DNA of 54,587 bases, taken from NCBI GenBank assembly GCA_048213135.1, contig PS015152.1, positions 9,807-64,393 on the forward strand. The letters are read 5' to 3'. The first letter of the stretch is position 1. Each line of letters starts with the position of its first letter. Source of the DNA: Reclinomonas americana ATCC 50394. Its lineage: Eukaryota. The notes beneath the pieces are model-generated. The model saw only the letters and a program-made list of their open reading frames with translations. It was not told the origin of the DNA and made no database searches. The translations under genes and the position numbers were made by a program. Shown in pieces: positions 32,619 through 43,201 of the stretch.

Positions 32619-33400
32619 TCGTGAAAGGAAATAAAAGAAGTAGGCTATTGCCAAATTCAGAGTCGGTTGCGCAATGCAATATATTAATACGTTGCGAAAA
32701 CGGACACACGTGACGATATACACACTCGCAGCACAGAGACAGCAGCAGCAGCAGCATCATACATCAATGTGTTGACCAATGGTGTTTTATGAGATCGGAG
32801 TTTGCAATTGAGAAGTTATCGATGATGAAACTAACAAAACACTTCGAATTCATTCACCACATTCCAATAATGCGATAAACGCCCACAAATCCCTTGCCGA
32901 CAATGACCTAGGCACGCAAACAATATATACAAACACATAATTACTTCACCAACAGTTCTTCCCTTTCAGGAGATCTTGCTATAGACAAAGCCAATCAAAC
33001 GCAAACAACGTTAACAATATCCCGCGCGCGCGAGTCCATGCGTAAAGTCTCTCACAGAGACCAGAGGAACATGCAGTGAAGCATTCACGAGTGATTCTTC
33101 TGGGAGCGACCGCTTGCGAACGAGATCGGAGTTTTGGCCATGGAGTTTTTATAAATGCGAATTCGCGCGTGAGCTCGAGTGAGAGAGTGTGTCGCGCGGA
33201 GACAATAGCAACAATACGCGGGCATTCGCACCTGGTTTTGTTATCTAAGAAAGCCTGCCGTGCTTGTGTCGAGGACGAAGTGCCGTCGATGATGTCCTTG
33301 TCCCGCGCTTTGCAAACACACCGACCGACACACGAACCCCAGAGTTGATTGTTGCCTCTCTCTCTCTCTCCCCCTGCTCTCCTATCTCTCTCCCTTTCTC

Positions 33401-34492
33401 ATGTCCCTCGCTCCCTCTCCTCCCATCCTCCTCCCCTCCAAGCGCATCACCGGTCACACGGGCCCGGTGACGTGTGTCGCCATCACTCCCAATGGTCAGC
33501 GCATCATCTCTGGGAGTGCAGACAAGACAGTGCGCGTGTGGTCACTTGAGAGTGGAGAGGAGATGCGACGACTGGAGGGACACACTAAAGGAGTGAACGC
33601 TGTTGCCGTCACTCCCAATGGCCAGCACATCGTGAGTGGCAGCTTCGACCGGACGCTGCGTGTGTGGTCACTGGAGAGTGGAGGAAAAGTGCGACGGTTG
33701 AAGGGGCACGCTGAGGTAGTGGAATCTGTTACCATCACTCCCGACGGGGAGCTCGTTGTGAGTGGCAGCGTCGATGACACCGTGCGTGTGTGGTCACTGG
33801 CGAGTGGAGAGGAGGTACAACGAATCGAGGAGCACACTGGGGGAGTGAACTCTGTCGCCGTCACGCCAGATGGTCAGCATGTTGTTAGTGGCAGCTGGGA
33901 CAAGACTGTTCGCGTGTGGTCACTGGAGAATGGCGCCGAAGTGCGCCGGCTGGAGGGTCACAAAGGTGGGGTGCTTTCTGCTGCTGTTACACCCGATGGT
34001 CAGCACGTTGTGAGTTGCAGTCACGACGGGACCGTGAGAGTGTGGTCAACGGCGACAGGAGAAGAAGTGCGTCGGTTTGAAGGACACACTTACACTATGA
34101 TTCACGTCTCCGTCACCCCCGACGGTGAGCACGTCGTAAGTGGAGGCAACTTTGCTGACCCGATTGTGCGAGTGTGGTCATTGGCCAGTGGAAGAGAGGT
34201 GCGACAGCTGGAGGGGCACACTGGAGGTGTGCGCTCTGTTGCCATCTCACCTGATGGTCAACATGTCGTGAGTGGTAGTTATGACAATACTTTGCGAGTG
34301 TGGTCCACTCAGTGTGGCCTCGCTGCGCTTGAGCTCTACACAGCGCGGGCGGCGATGCGGGCTGTGCAGGAGGTGCTGCGAGAAGAAGCGGATTCGCGGT
34401 GTCTGCCAGAGATGGTGCTGCGGTGCTTCATTGTGGAGGAGGCGGCGGTGGTGCTGCATCGGCGCAGGATTGATCCCGAGTCGCACTTGTGA
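33401..34492 (+). CDS. WD40 second array copy A (363 aa)
   Basis: 7 repeats; short linker; tail DSRCLPEMVLRCFIVEEAAVVLHRRRIDPESHL. Confidence 0.92.
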   Translation: MSLAPSPPILLPSKRITGHTGPVTCVAITPNGQRIISGSADKTVRVWSLESGEEMRRLEGHTKGVNAVAVTPNGQHIVSGSFDRTLRVWSLESGGKVRRLKGHAEVVESVTITPDGELVVSGSVDDTVRVWSLASGEEVQRIEEHTGGVNSVAVTPDGQHVVSGSWDKTVRVWSLENGAEVRRLEGHKGGVLSAAVTPDGQHVVSCSHDGTVRVWSTATGEEVRRFEGHTYTMIHVSVTPDGEHVVSGGNFADPIVRVWSLASGREVRQLEGHTGGVRSVAISPDGQHVVSGSYDNTLRVWSTQCGLAALELYTARAAMRAVQEVLREEADSRCLPEMVLRCFIVEEAAVVLHRRRIDPESHL

Positions 34493-34769
34493 AAAATGGG
34501 AGGGACGAGAGAGACAGAGTTGTTTTTTTGTGTGTGTTTTTGTTTGTTGTCTCGTGTTTTTATGTGTTGACCCAAAGTGAACGAGTTGTGCCTGCTTGCT
34601 GAACCAGGCTGCTGTTGCGATGCAGGTGTGTGCGCAAGGAGTGCCAAAGTTCGTCCTGGTCCCACGCACACTCACAGGCAACGAGGCAAGCACGCACACA
34701 CACACACACACGAGCTCGCACCCCAGAGTTTGATTGTTGCTTCTCTCTGTTCTCCTCTCTCCCTTCCTC

Positions 34770-35882
34770 ATGTCCTCCGCTCCCTCTCCACTCATCCTCG
34801 TCCCCTCCAAGCGCACCACCGGTCACACGGGCGCTGTGATGTGCGTCGCCATCACTCCCGATGGTCAGCACGTCGTCAGTGGGGGTTCTGATCATTCAGT
34901 GCGTGTGTGCTCTTTGGCAACTGAAGCTGAGGTGCGACGACTGGAGGGACACACTGGTTGTGTGAACTCAGTCGTCGTCACTCCCGATGGACAACACATC
35001 GTAAGTGGCAGTGCTGACCGTACAGTGCGCGTGTGGTCACTGGAGAGTGGAGCAGAAGTGAGACGGCTGGAGGGACACACTGGATGGGTGCAATCTGTTG
35101 CCATCACTCCCGACGGGGAGCTCGTTGTCAGCGGGAGCAGGGACAACACCGTGCGTGTGTGGTCACTGGCGAGTGGGCAGGAGGTGCGACGAATGGAGGA
35201 GCACACCAGGGAAGTGAACTCTGTTGCCATCACGCCGGATGGTCTCTACGTCGTCAGCGGAAGCCATGACAAGACTGTGCGGGTGTGGTCACTGGAGACT
35301 GGCGCTGAAGTGCGACGGCTGAAAGGACACGAAGGTTGGGTGCTGTCGGTTGCCATTACACCCGATAGTCAGCACATTGTGAGTTGCAGTTATGACGGGA
35401 CCATGAGAGTGTGGTCAATGACGACTGGCAAGGAAGTACGACAATTTGATGGACACAGACATAGCAAGATTCACGTCTCCGTCACACCGGACGGTGAGCA
35501 CGTAATAAGTGGAGGTAATTTGTATGATCCGGTTGTGCGAGTGTGGTCACTGGCAAGTGGAAGAGAGGTGCTACAGCTTGAGGGACACACTGGAGGTGTG
35601 CGCGCTGTGGCCGTGACTCCCGATGGTTTGCATGTTGTGAGTGGTAGTTATGACACGACTTTGCGAGTGTGGTCCACTCCCTGCGGCCTCGCTGCGTTTG
35701 AGGTTGATACAGCACGAGCGGCGATGCGGGCTGTGCAGGAGATGCTGCGAGAATCAGTTGTTGACGAAGATGAAGAAGCGGATTCGCGGTGTTTGCCAGA
35801 GATGGTGCTGCGGTGCTTCATTGTGGAGGAGGCGGCGGTTGTACTGCACCGGCACAGCATGGATCCAGAGTCGCACTTGTGA
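34770..35882 (+). CDS. WD40 second array copy B (370 aa)
   Basis: ATG 34770 (MSSAPSP); 7 repeats; conserved tail. Confidence 0.92.
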   Translation: MSSAPSPLILVPSKRTTGHTGAVMCVAITPDGQHVVSGGSDHSVRVCSLATEAEVRRLEGHTGCVNSVVVTPDGQHIVSGSADRTVRVWSLESGAEVRRLEGHTGWVQSVAITPDGELVVSGSRDNTVRVWSLASGQEVRRMEEHTREVNSVAITPDGLYVVSGSHDKTVRVWSLETGAEVRRLKGHEGWVLSVAITPDSQHIVSCSYDGTMRVWSMTTGKEVRQFDGHRHSKIHVSVTPDGEHVISGGNLYDPVVRVWSLASGREVLQLEGHTGGVRAVAVTPDGLHVVSGSYDTTLRVWSTPCGLAAFEVDTARAAMRAVQEMLRESVVDEDEEADSRCLPEMVLRCFIVEEAAVVLHRHSMDPESHL

Positions 35883-36852
35883 GAGGAAAGGAGAGAGAAA
35901 GGGATGAGAGAAGGGAGAAAGAGTTGCCTTTTTCCGCTTTCGTTTTGTGCTGTCATCGATCAAATGAACGTGTTGTGCCTTGTTGATGATCCATGGCCGC
36001 CAAAGTGAACGTACATTCGATTAGGTGCTGCTCGTTGCGGTGCTGCAGGTGCGTGGAAGACNNNNNNNNNNNNNNNNNNNNNNNNNNNNNNNNNNNNNNN
36101 NNNNNNNNNNNNNNNNNNNNNNNNNNNNNNNNNNNNNNNNNNNNNNNNNNNNNNNNNNNNNNNNNNNNNNNNNNNNNNNNNNNNNNNNNNNNNNNNNNNN
36201 NNNNNNNNNNNNNNNNNNNNNNNNNNNNNNNNNNNNNNNNNNNNNNNNNNNNNNNNNNNNNNNNNNNNNNNNNNNNNNNNNNNNNNNNNNNNNNNNNNNN
36301 NNNNNNNNNNNNNNNNNNNNNNNNNNNNNNNNNNNNNNNNNNNNNNNNNNNNNNNNNNNNNNNNNNNNNNNNNNNNNNNNNNNNNNNNNNNNNNNNNNNN
36401 NNNNNNNNNNNNNNNNNNNNNNNNNNNNNNNNNNNNNNNNNNNNNNNNNNNNNNNNNNNNNNNNNNNNNNNNNNNNNNNNNNNNNNNNNNNNNNNNNNNN
36501 NNNNNNNNNNNNNNNNNNNNNNNNNNNNNNNNNNNNNNNNNNNNNNNNNNNNNNNNNNNNNNNNNNNNNNNNNNNNNNNNNNNNNNNNNNNNNNNNNNNN
36601 NNNNNNNNNNNNNNNNNNNNNNNNNNNNNNNNNNNNNNNNNNNNNNNNNNNNNNNNNNNNNNNNNNNNNNNNNNNNNNNNNNNNNNNNNNNNNNNNNNNN
36701 NNNNNNNNNNNNNNNNNNNNNNNNNNNNNNNNNNNNNNNNNNNNNAACGTGGATCGTCCTGGTCCCGTCCAAACACACACGGTTGGCGACAGTCGAGTTG
36801 ATTGCTCCTCTCTCTCTCTCTCTCTCTGCTCTCCTCTTTCTCCCCCATCATC

Positions 36853-37959
36853 ATGTCCACCACTCCCTCTCCCCTCACTCTCCTCCCCTCCAAGCGCATC
36901 ACGGGTCACAGTTTTCTTGTGATGTGCGTCGCCATCACTCCCAATGGTGAGCACATCATCTCTGGGAGTACAGACAAGACTGTGCGAGTGTGGTCCCTGG
37001 CCACTGGAGCTGAGGTGCGACGACTGGAGGGACACGCGCTTCAAGTGCACTCTGTCGCCGTGACTCCCAATGGCCAGCACATCGTGAGTGGTAGCTTCGA
37101 CCGGACGCTGCGAGTGTGGTCGCTGGAGAGTGGAGAAGGCGTGCGTCTGTTGAAGGGGCACGCTGAGGTAGTGCAATGTGTTGCCATCACTCCCGATGGG
37201 GAGCACGTTGTCAGCGGGAGTTGGGATGCGACAGTGCGTGTGTGGTCGCTGGCGTCGGGGCAGGAGGTACGACGAATGGAGGAGCACACCAGGGAAGTGA
37301 ACTCTGTCGCCATCACGCCGGATGGTCTCTACGTCGTCAGCGGAAGCCATGACAAGACAGTGCGGGTGTGGTCACTGGAGACTGGCGCTGAAGTGCGACG
37401 GCTGAAAGGACACGAAGGTTGGGTGCTGTCGGTTGCCATTACACCCGATAGTCAGCACATTGTGAGTTGCAGTTATGACGGGACCATGAGAGTGTGGTCA
37501 ATGACGGCTGGCAAGGAAGTACGACAATTTGATGGACACAGACATAGCAAGATTCACGTCTCCGTCACACCGGACGGTGAGCACGTAATAAGTGGAGGTA
37601 ATTTGTATGATCCGGTTGTGCGAGTGTGGTCACTGGCAAGTGGAAGAGAGGTGCTACAGCTTGAGGGACACACTGGAGGTGTGCGCGCTGTGGCCGTGAC
37701 TCCCGATGGTTTGCATGTTGTGAGTGGTAGTTATGACACGACTTTGCGAGTGTGGTCCACTCCCTGCGGCCTCGCTGCGTTTGAGGTTGATACAGCACGA
37801 GCGGCGATGCGGGCTGTGCAGGAGATGCAGCGAGGAGCTGTCGTGGATGAAGAAGCAGATTCACGGTGCCTGCCAGAGATGGTGCTGCGGTGCTTCATTG
37901 TGGAGGAAGCGACGGCTGTGCTGTACCGGCGCAGCATTGATCCCGAGTCGCACTTGTGA
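36853..37959 (+). CDS. WD40 second array copy C (368 aa)
   Basis: ATG 36853 (MSTTPSP); 7 repeats; conserved tail. Confidence 0.92.
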   Translation: MSTTPSPLTLLPSKRITGHSFLVMCVAITPNGEHIISGSTDKTVRVWSLATGAEVRRLEGHALQVHSVAVTPNGQHIVSGSFDRTLRVWSLESGEGVRLLKGHAEVVQCVAITPDGEHVVSGSWDATVRVWSLASGQEVRRMEEHTREVNSVAITPDGLYVVSGSHDKTVRVWSLETGAEVRRLKGHEGWVLSVAITPDSQHIVSCSYDGTMRVWSMTAGKEVRQFDGHRHSKIHVSVTPDGEHVISGGNLYDPVVRVWSLASGREVLQLEGHTGGVRAVAVTPDGLHVVSGSYDTTLRVWSTPCGLAAFEVDTARAAMRAVQEMQRGAVVDEEADSRCLPEMVLRCFIVEEATAVLYRRSIDPESHL

Positions 37960-38186
37960 AAAGGGAGAGGATGATGAGAGAAGGAGAATTCTAGGAAGAG
38001 TTGTTTTTTTGTATTTTGTCCATTCTTTTCGCGATAGCTCAATGCAGTGAACGTGTTGTGCCTGGTTGTTGATCCACAGTGCACCTGCATTCGATGCAAG
38101 GCTGCTGATGCGATACAGGGCACAACGAAGTGCCCAAGTTCGTCCTGGACCCACAAACACACTCACAGGCAAACAAGCACGCACAC

Positions 38187-38240
<54 letters not shown>

Positions 38241-38328
38241 TACATACATACACACGCCACACACACGAGCTCGCATCGCAGAATTGATTGTTGCTTCTCT
38301 CTGTTCTCCTCTCTCTCCTCTCCCCATC

Positions 38329-39444
38329 ATGTCCCTCGCTCCCTCTCCACTCATCCTCCTCCCCTCCAAGCGCATCACTGGTCACACGGGTCCCGTGCCT
38401 TGCGTCGCCATCACTCCCAATGGTGAGCACATTGTATCTGGGAGTACGGACTACACAGTGCGAGTGTGGTCTCTGGCGACTGGAGCTGAGGTACGACGAC
38501 TGAAGGGACATGAGGGTTATGTGTTATCTGTTGCCGTCGCTCCCAATGGCCAGCACATCGTGAGTGCCAGTGCTGACCGTACGGTGCGAGTGTGGTCACT
38601 TGAGAGTGGAGCAGAAGTGAGACGGTTGGAGGGGCACACTGATGTAGTGGAATCTGTTGCCATCACTCCCGACGGGGATCACATAATAAGCGGGAGTTGG
38701 GATGCGACAGTGCGTGTGTGGTCACTGGCGAGGGGGCAGGAGTTGAGGCGATTCGGGGGCCACACCAGTGAAGTGAACACTGTCGCCGTCACGCCAGATG
38801 GTCTCTACGTTGTCAGCGGAAGCAATGACAGGACTGTTCGCGTGTGGTCACTGGAGAATGGCGCAGAAGTGCGACGGCTGAAGGGACACAAAGGCTGGGT
38901 GCTGTCGGTTGCCATTGCACCCGATGGTCGGCACATTGTGAGTTGCTGTACCAGTTCTGTGCGAGTGTGGTCAATGACGTCTGGCAAGGAAGTGCAACGG
39001 TTTGAAGGACACACTCGTGACAAGATGCACGTCTCCGTCACCCCCGACGGTAAGCACGTTATGAGTGGAGGCAACGGATGTGACCCAATTGTGCGAGTGT
39101 GGTCACTGGCAAGTGGAAGAGAGCTGCAACAGTTGAAGGGACACGATGGATACGTGGGCTCTGTTGCCGTGACTCGCGATGGTCGGCATGTTGTGAGTGG
39201 TAGTTATGACAGGACTTTGCGAGTGTGGTCCACTCCTTGTGGCCTCGCTGCGTGTGAGGTTGATACAGCGCGGGCGGCGATGCGGGCCGTGCAGGAGATG
39301 CAGCGAGCAGGTGTGGTTGACGAGGGCGAGGACGATGAGCCAGGTTGTTGGTGTTTGGCGGAGATTGTGATGCGCTGTTTTATTGTGGAGGAAGCGGCGG
39401 TGGTACTGCACCGGCGCACCATGGAACCCGAGTCGCACTTGTGA
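38329..39444 (+). CDS. WD40 second array copy D (371 aa)
   Basis: ATG 38329 (MSLAPSP); 7 repeats; tail CLAEIVMRCFIVEEAAVVLHRRTMEPESHL. Confidence 0.92.
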   Translation: MSLAPSPLILLPSKRITGHTGPVPCVAITPNGEHIVSGSTDYTVRVWSLATGAEVRRLKGHEGYVLSVAVAPNGQHIVSASADRTVRVWSLESGAEVRRLEGHTDVVESVAITPDGDHIISGSWDATVRVWSLARGQELRRFGGHTSEVNTVAVTPDGLYVVSGSNDRTVRVWSLENGAEVRRLKGHKGWVLSVAIAPDGRHIVSCCTSSVRVWSMTSGKEVQRFEGHTRDKMHVSVTPDGKHVMSGGNGCDPIVRVWSLASGRELQQLKGHDGYVGSVAVTRDGRHVVSGSYDRTLRVWSTPCGLAACEVDTARAAMRAVQEMQRAGVVDEGEDDEPGCWCLAEIVMRCFIVEEAAVVLHRRTMEPESHL

Positions 39445-39921
39445 GAAAAAGAGAAGCAGAGAGAAGAGTTACCTTTTTTTGTTGTGATTCCTCTTCGTGC
39501 GCGCAATGCAGTGAACATGCTGTGCCGTTCATATACCTGCATTGGAAACGGCACTTTTAGGTGTGGTAAGTCCTGGTGCCGCTCGAATTCCATGGCTCTG
39601 CAACCTCGACCGGCACTCGTATCCAATATCGTCGTTGCATGGTGAAATCGGCTCATGCTGCTCTATGCTGCGCACGCAGTCTGCTGCAGCACCTGCATAT
39701 GCATGTCAACACCACTGTTACAAATAATCAAAACCGAATGCGTCCCTCCCGGGCCACACATTGTCAACTCCGCAACTCACCGAATCCGTTCCGCGATTTT
39801 TCTTCAAAGTGCGAGGATCACTCTCGCTCACACACACACACTCTCTCTCTCTCTCTCTGTGTCGCACACACACAATAGAGAGCGCAAGAGAGTTTCCGAA
39901 CACACGCACACTTCTCACACC

Positions 39922-40464
39922 ATGGCCGACGGAGATGAGACGGAGGAGGAGAGATATGCATGTCGCCAACTCGCCCTCTTTGACAATGGAGTGTGGGAGA
40001 TTGCTGCGTCGCCAGCAGTGCGCGGGAAAATGCAGGTAAGCAAAAGAGAGAGGAGAGAGAGAGCGGAGAAACGAGAAGTTGTGTGACAGTGAGAGTGATC
40101 TCTTGCTCTGCTGGCACGTGTGCGTGTGCGAGGGAGCATGTGTGAGAGAGTGAGACACACAGAGAGCAATGCAGCGAGTGTCAGAGGGTGTGAGCAGAAA
40201 GAATGACACAGTCGCTCTCTCTCTCTTATTCTCACTCTCTTCTTCTCTCCTTTTTGCTCCTGCTCTCTCACTCTCATTCGCTATCCTTCTCTCTCTCTCC
40301 CTCTCTCTTTCCTTCTTCCCTGCTCTTCCCTGCTCTCTAACTCTCTCGTTTGGCTGATACCACAGTGTACGAAACCGAACTCACTGCCTTCACTCTCCTC
40401 TCACTCTCCTCTCTGTTTCACTCACTCACACTCACTTGCTCTCTTTCTACCTCTCCCCGCCTTG

Positions 40465-40495
<31 letters not shown>

Positions 40496-42545
40496 GCCGA
40501 TACCACAGTGCACGAAACCGAACTCACAATCACCCTGGGCCTTCACTCTCTGCTCTCTCTCCTCTCTCTTTCACACAGTTACACTCACTCACTCTCTCTC
40601 TCTCACACACACACACACCTTCATCCTCTCTCTCCTGCCCGCTCACTCCAACACCACTGTGCGTGAAACCGAACTCAGTATCGTTCTGACCTGTCTCTGT
40701 CCCTTCATCTCCTCTCTCACACTAGTGCACACGCACACTCTCACTCGCCCTCCTTCTACGTCTCTCTCCTACTTGCTCTCTCTGACACCGCACTGCGGAA
40801 ACCGAACTCGGCGCTCGCCCGCCTTCCAACACTTATTTTCTCTCTTTTCTCACTCAACACCTCTCACTCACTTGCCCACTTCGTCTCCTTCTTTCCCTGC
40901 CAGCTCACTCCGACACCACAGTGCGTGAATCTCCGTCCCTCACTTCCTTCCTCCCTCCCTTCCTCCCTCCCCATCGCTTTCTCCTACCTTCCGTTCTCCC
41001 ACTTTTTCTCTCATTTGGTGAATATCAGAGTTCTTGGTGTGCGAATTCATTCTCTCCTCCCTCCTTCGTACGCCAGTCTACCGTTCCCCCTCTCCCTTCC
41101 TCCCTTCCTCTCTTTCTCCACACTTGCCCTCCTCATCCACTTCTTCAATCTCTCGCGCTCTCTTCTCCAAGATCTCCCCCACCTTCTTCCCCCCTTACCC
41201 ATCCCTTGCCCTTCCTCCCCCTTCCCCCCTTCCCCATCCCTTCCCCCCTCCACCCAGTTCATCGCCTCCGCCGGCATCCACCCCCACGTCACCCTCCTCC
41301 ACTCCCCCTCCGGCACCCCCGTCGCCACCCTCCGCGGCCACCTCCTCGAAGTCACCGCACTCGCCTTCTCTCCCGCTTCCTCGTCCCCCACTGTGCTGCT
41401 GGCCACTGCCGACGGGGGCTGGGATCTTCCGTACTACGCAGTGCACGTGTGGGATCTCACCACGCACAGTCGTCGCTGGTGCGCGCAAGGCCACACGGAT
41501 AACATCAACGCGCTGGCGTTTGTGTGCAACGGAGAGCGCCTGGTCAGCTGCGCCGACGACCACACCGTGCGTGTGTGGGCCGTGGACAGTGGGCGCTGTC
41601 TGGGCGTGTTGACCGGGCACACCAGGTCCGTGTATGCGTTGACGGTGTGTGCGGACGATGATCGGTGGGTGGTCAGTGGCGGCGGTGATTGTGCCTTGCG
41701 CTGGTGGCGCTGCGATGGTGCTGACGTGGGGGTGGCGGGTGGCGAAGAGCGGCAAGGGAGTGCGTTGACGGATGCGTGTGTGTCGTCGCTGACGAGCAGT
41801 CGTCCTCGTCGGTTGTTGGCGTCGGGACACAAGGACGGTGCGGTGCGCTTGTGGCGCGGGCGGGAAATGGTTCGCGAGTTTCGCGGGCACGAGAATTGGG
41901 TGAACAGTGTGGCGTTTGATGATGGGAGCGGGAGGTTTCTTGTGAGCTCGTCGACGGGTGAGTGGAGGAGGGGGGAAGGAGGAGCAGGGGGAGGGGAAGG
42001 GGAGGGGAAGGAGGGAGAAGAATGAGAAGTGTGGTGAAAGTTTGTGTCTTGCACGCAGCAGGTTTGCTGCAGCTGTCTTTGTCAGGTAATGTGCCGTCAG
42101 TTGCTTGACCCGTATGGTGTCCATTGTTTTCCCTGCGTTGCTTGCTTGGTTTCGTTCTCCTCTATTTGTTTCTTCCCTCTGTCTGTCACTTTCTCTTCGC
42201 TGTCTTTCTGTCTCTATCTCTCTCTCTGTCTCGACTTCTCTCTTGTCCCTTCCGAGGCCAAGCTTACTCTGCCTCCACCACTGTTTCTCGCTCGGCTCGC
42301 TCTCTCGCTCTTTCGCCTTCCCCCTTGCTCCTTCTCTGCGGTGGAGGCCAAGCTCTATCTGCTTCCATCACTGTTTCTCGCTCCGCTCCCACTCACTCTC
42401 CCCACTCTCTGCATAAAGCAACTTGTCCTTTCTCTGCGTTTATCCTAACATTTCTATCTTTCTTCTCTTCTCGCTCCCATTCTTTTTCTGCCTGTCAAGT
42501 TGGCTATCTGGTGCCTGATCCCCTCTCGTCCTGTTGGTTTTGGTT

Positions 42546-42616
<71 letters not shown>

Positions 42617-43167
42617 NNNNNNNNNNNNNNNNNNNNNNNNNNNNNNNNNNNNNNNNNNNNNNNNNNNNNNNNNNNNNNNNNNNNNNNNNNNNNNNNNNNN
42701 NNNNNNNNNNNNNNNNNNNNNNNNNNNNNNNNNNNNNNNNNNNNNNNNNNNNNNNNNNNNNNNNNNNNNNNNNNNNNNNNNNNNNNNNNNNNNNNNNNNN
42801 NNNNNNNNNNNNNNNNNNNNNNNNNNNNNNNNNNNNNNNNNNNNNNNNNNNNNNNNNNNNNNNNNNNNNNNNNNNNNNNNNNNNNNNNNNNNNNNNNNNN
42901 NNNNNNNNNNNNNNNNNNNNNNNNNNNNNNNNNNNNNNNNNNNNNNNNNNNNNNNNNNNNNNNNNNNNNNNNNNNNNNNNNNNNNNNNNNNNNNNNNNNN
43001 NNNNNNNNNNNNNNNNNNNNNNNNNNNNNNNNNNNNNNNNNNNNNNNNNNNNNNNNNNNNNNNNNNNNNNNNNNNNNNNNNNNNNNNNNNNNNNNNNNNN
43101 NNNNNNNNNNNNNNNNNNNNNNNNNNNNNNNNNNNNNNNNNNNNNNNNNNNNNNNNNNNNNNNNGTT

Positions 43168-43201
<34 letters not shown>

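Noticed and set aside
34320-34380. SOCS/BC-box in the first helix of the WD40 tail
   Set aside because: Spacing does not fit (S/T/P)LxxxCxxx-hydrophobic; only the second half shows a weak F-box/cullin-box-like pattern.
38329-38370. Pyrimidine-rich MSLAPSPLILLPSK codons ending in AAG could be a splice acceptor, making each copy an alternative or trans-spliced exon
   Set aside because: The ATG is conserved and in frame across length variants of 7, 11, 13 and 14 codons. The AG is absent in copy 4 (TCC GGA) and copy 9 (TCC TAC), which supports translation from the ATG.
718-39444. Diversity-generating retroelement or CRISPR-like mechanism behind the WD40 variation
   Set aside because: No reverse transcriptase, cas gene or template repeat is visible. 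By eye the variable codons change at all four bases rather than only at adenines.
40359-40935. CRISPR array
   Set aside because: Eukaryotic intron, degenerate repeats, low-complexity spacers over 100 bp and no cas genes.
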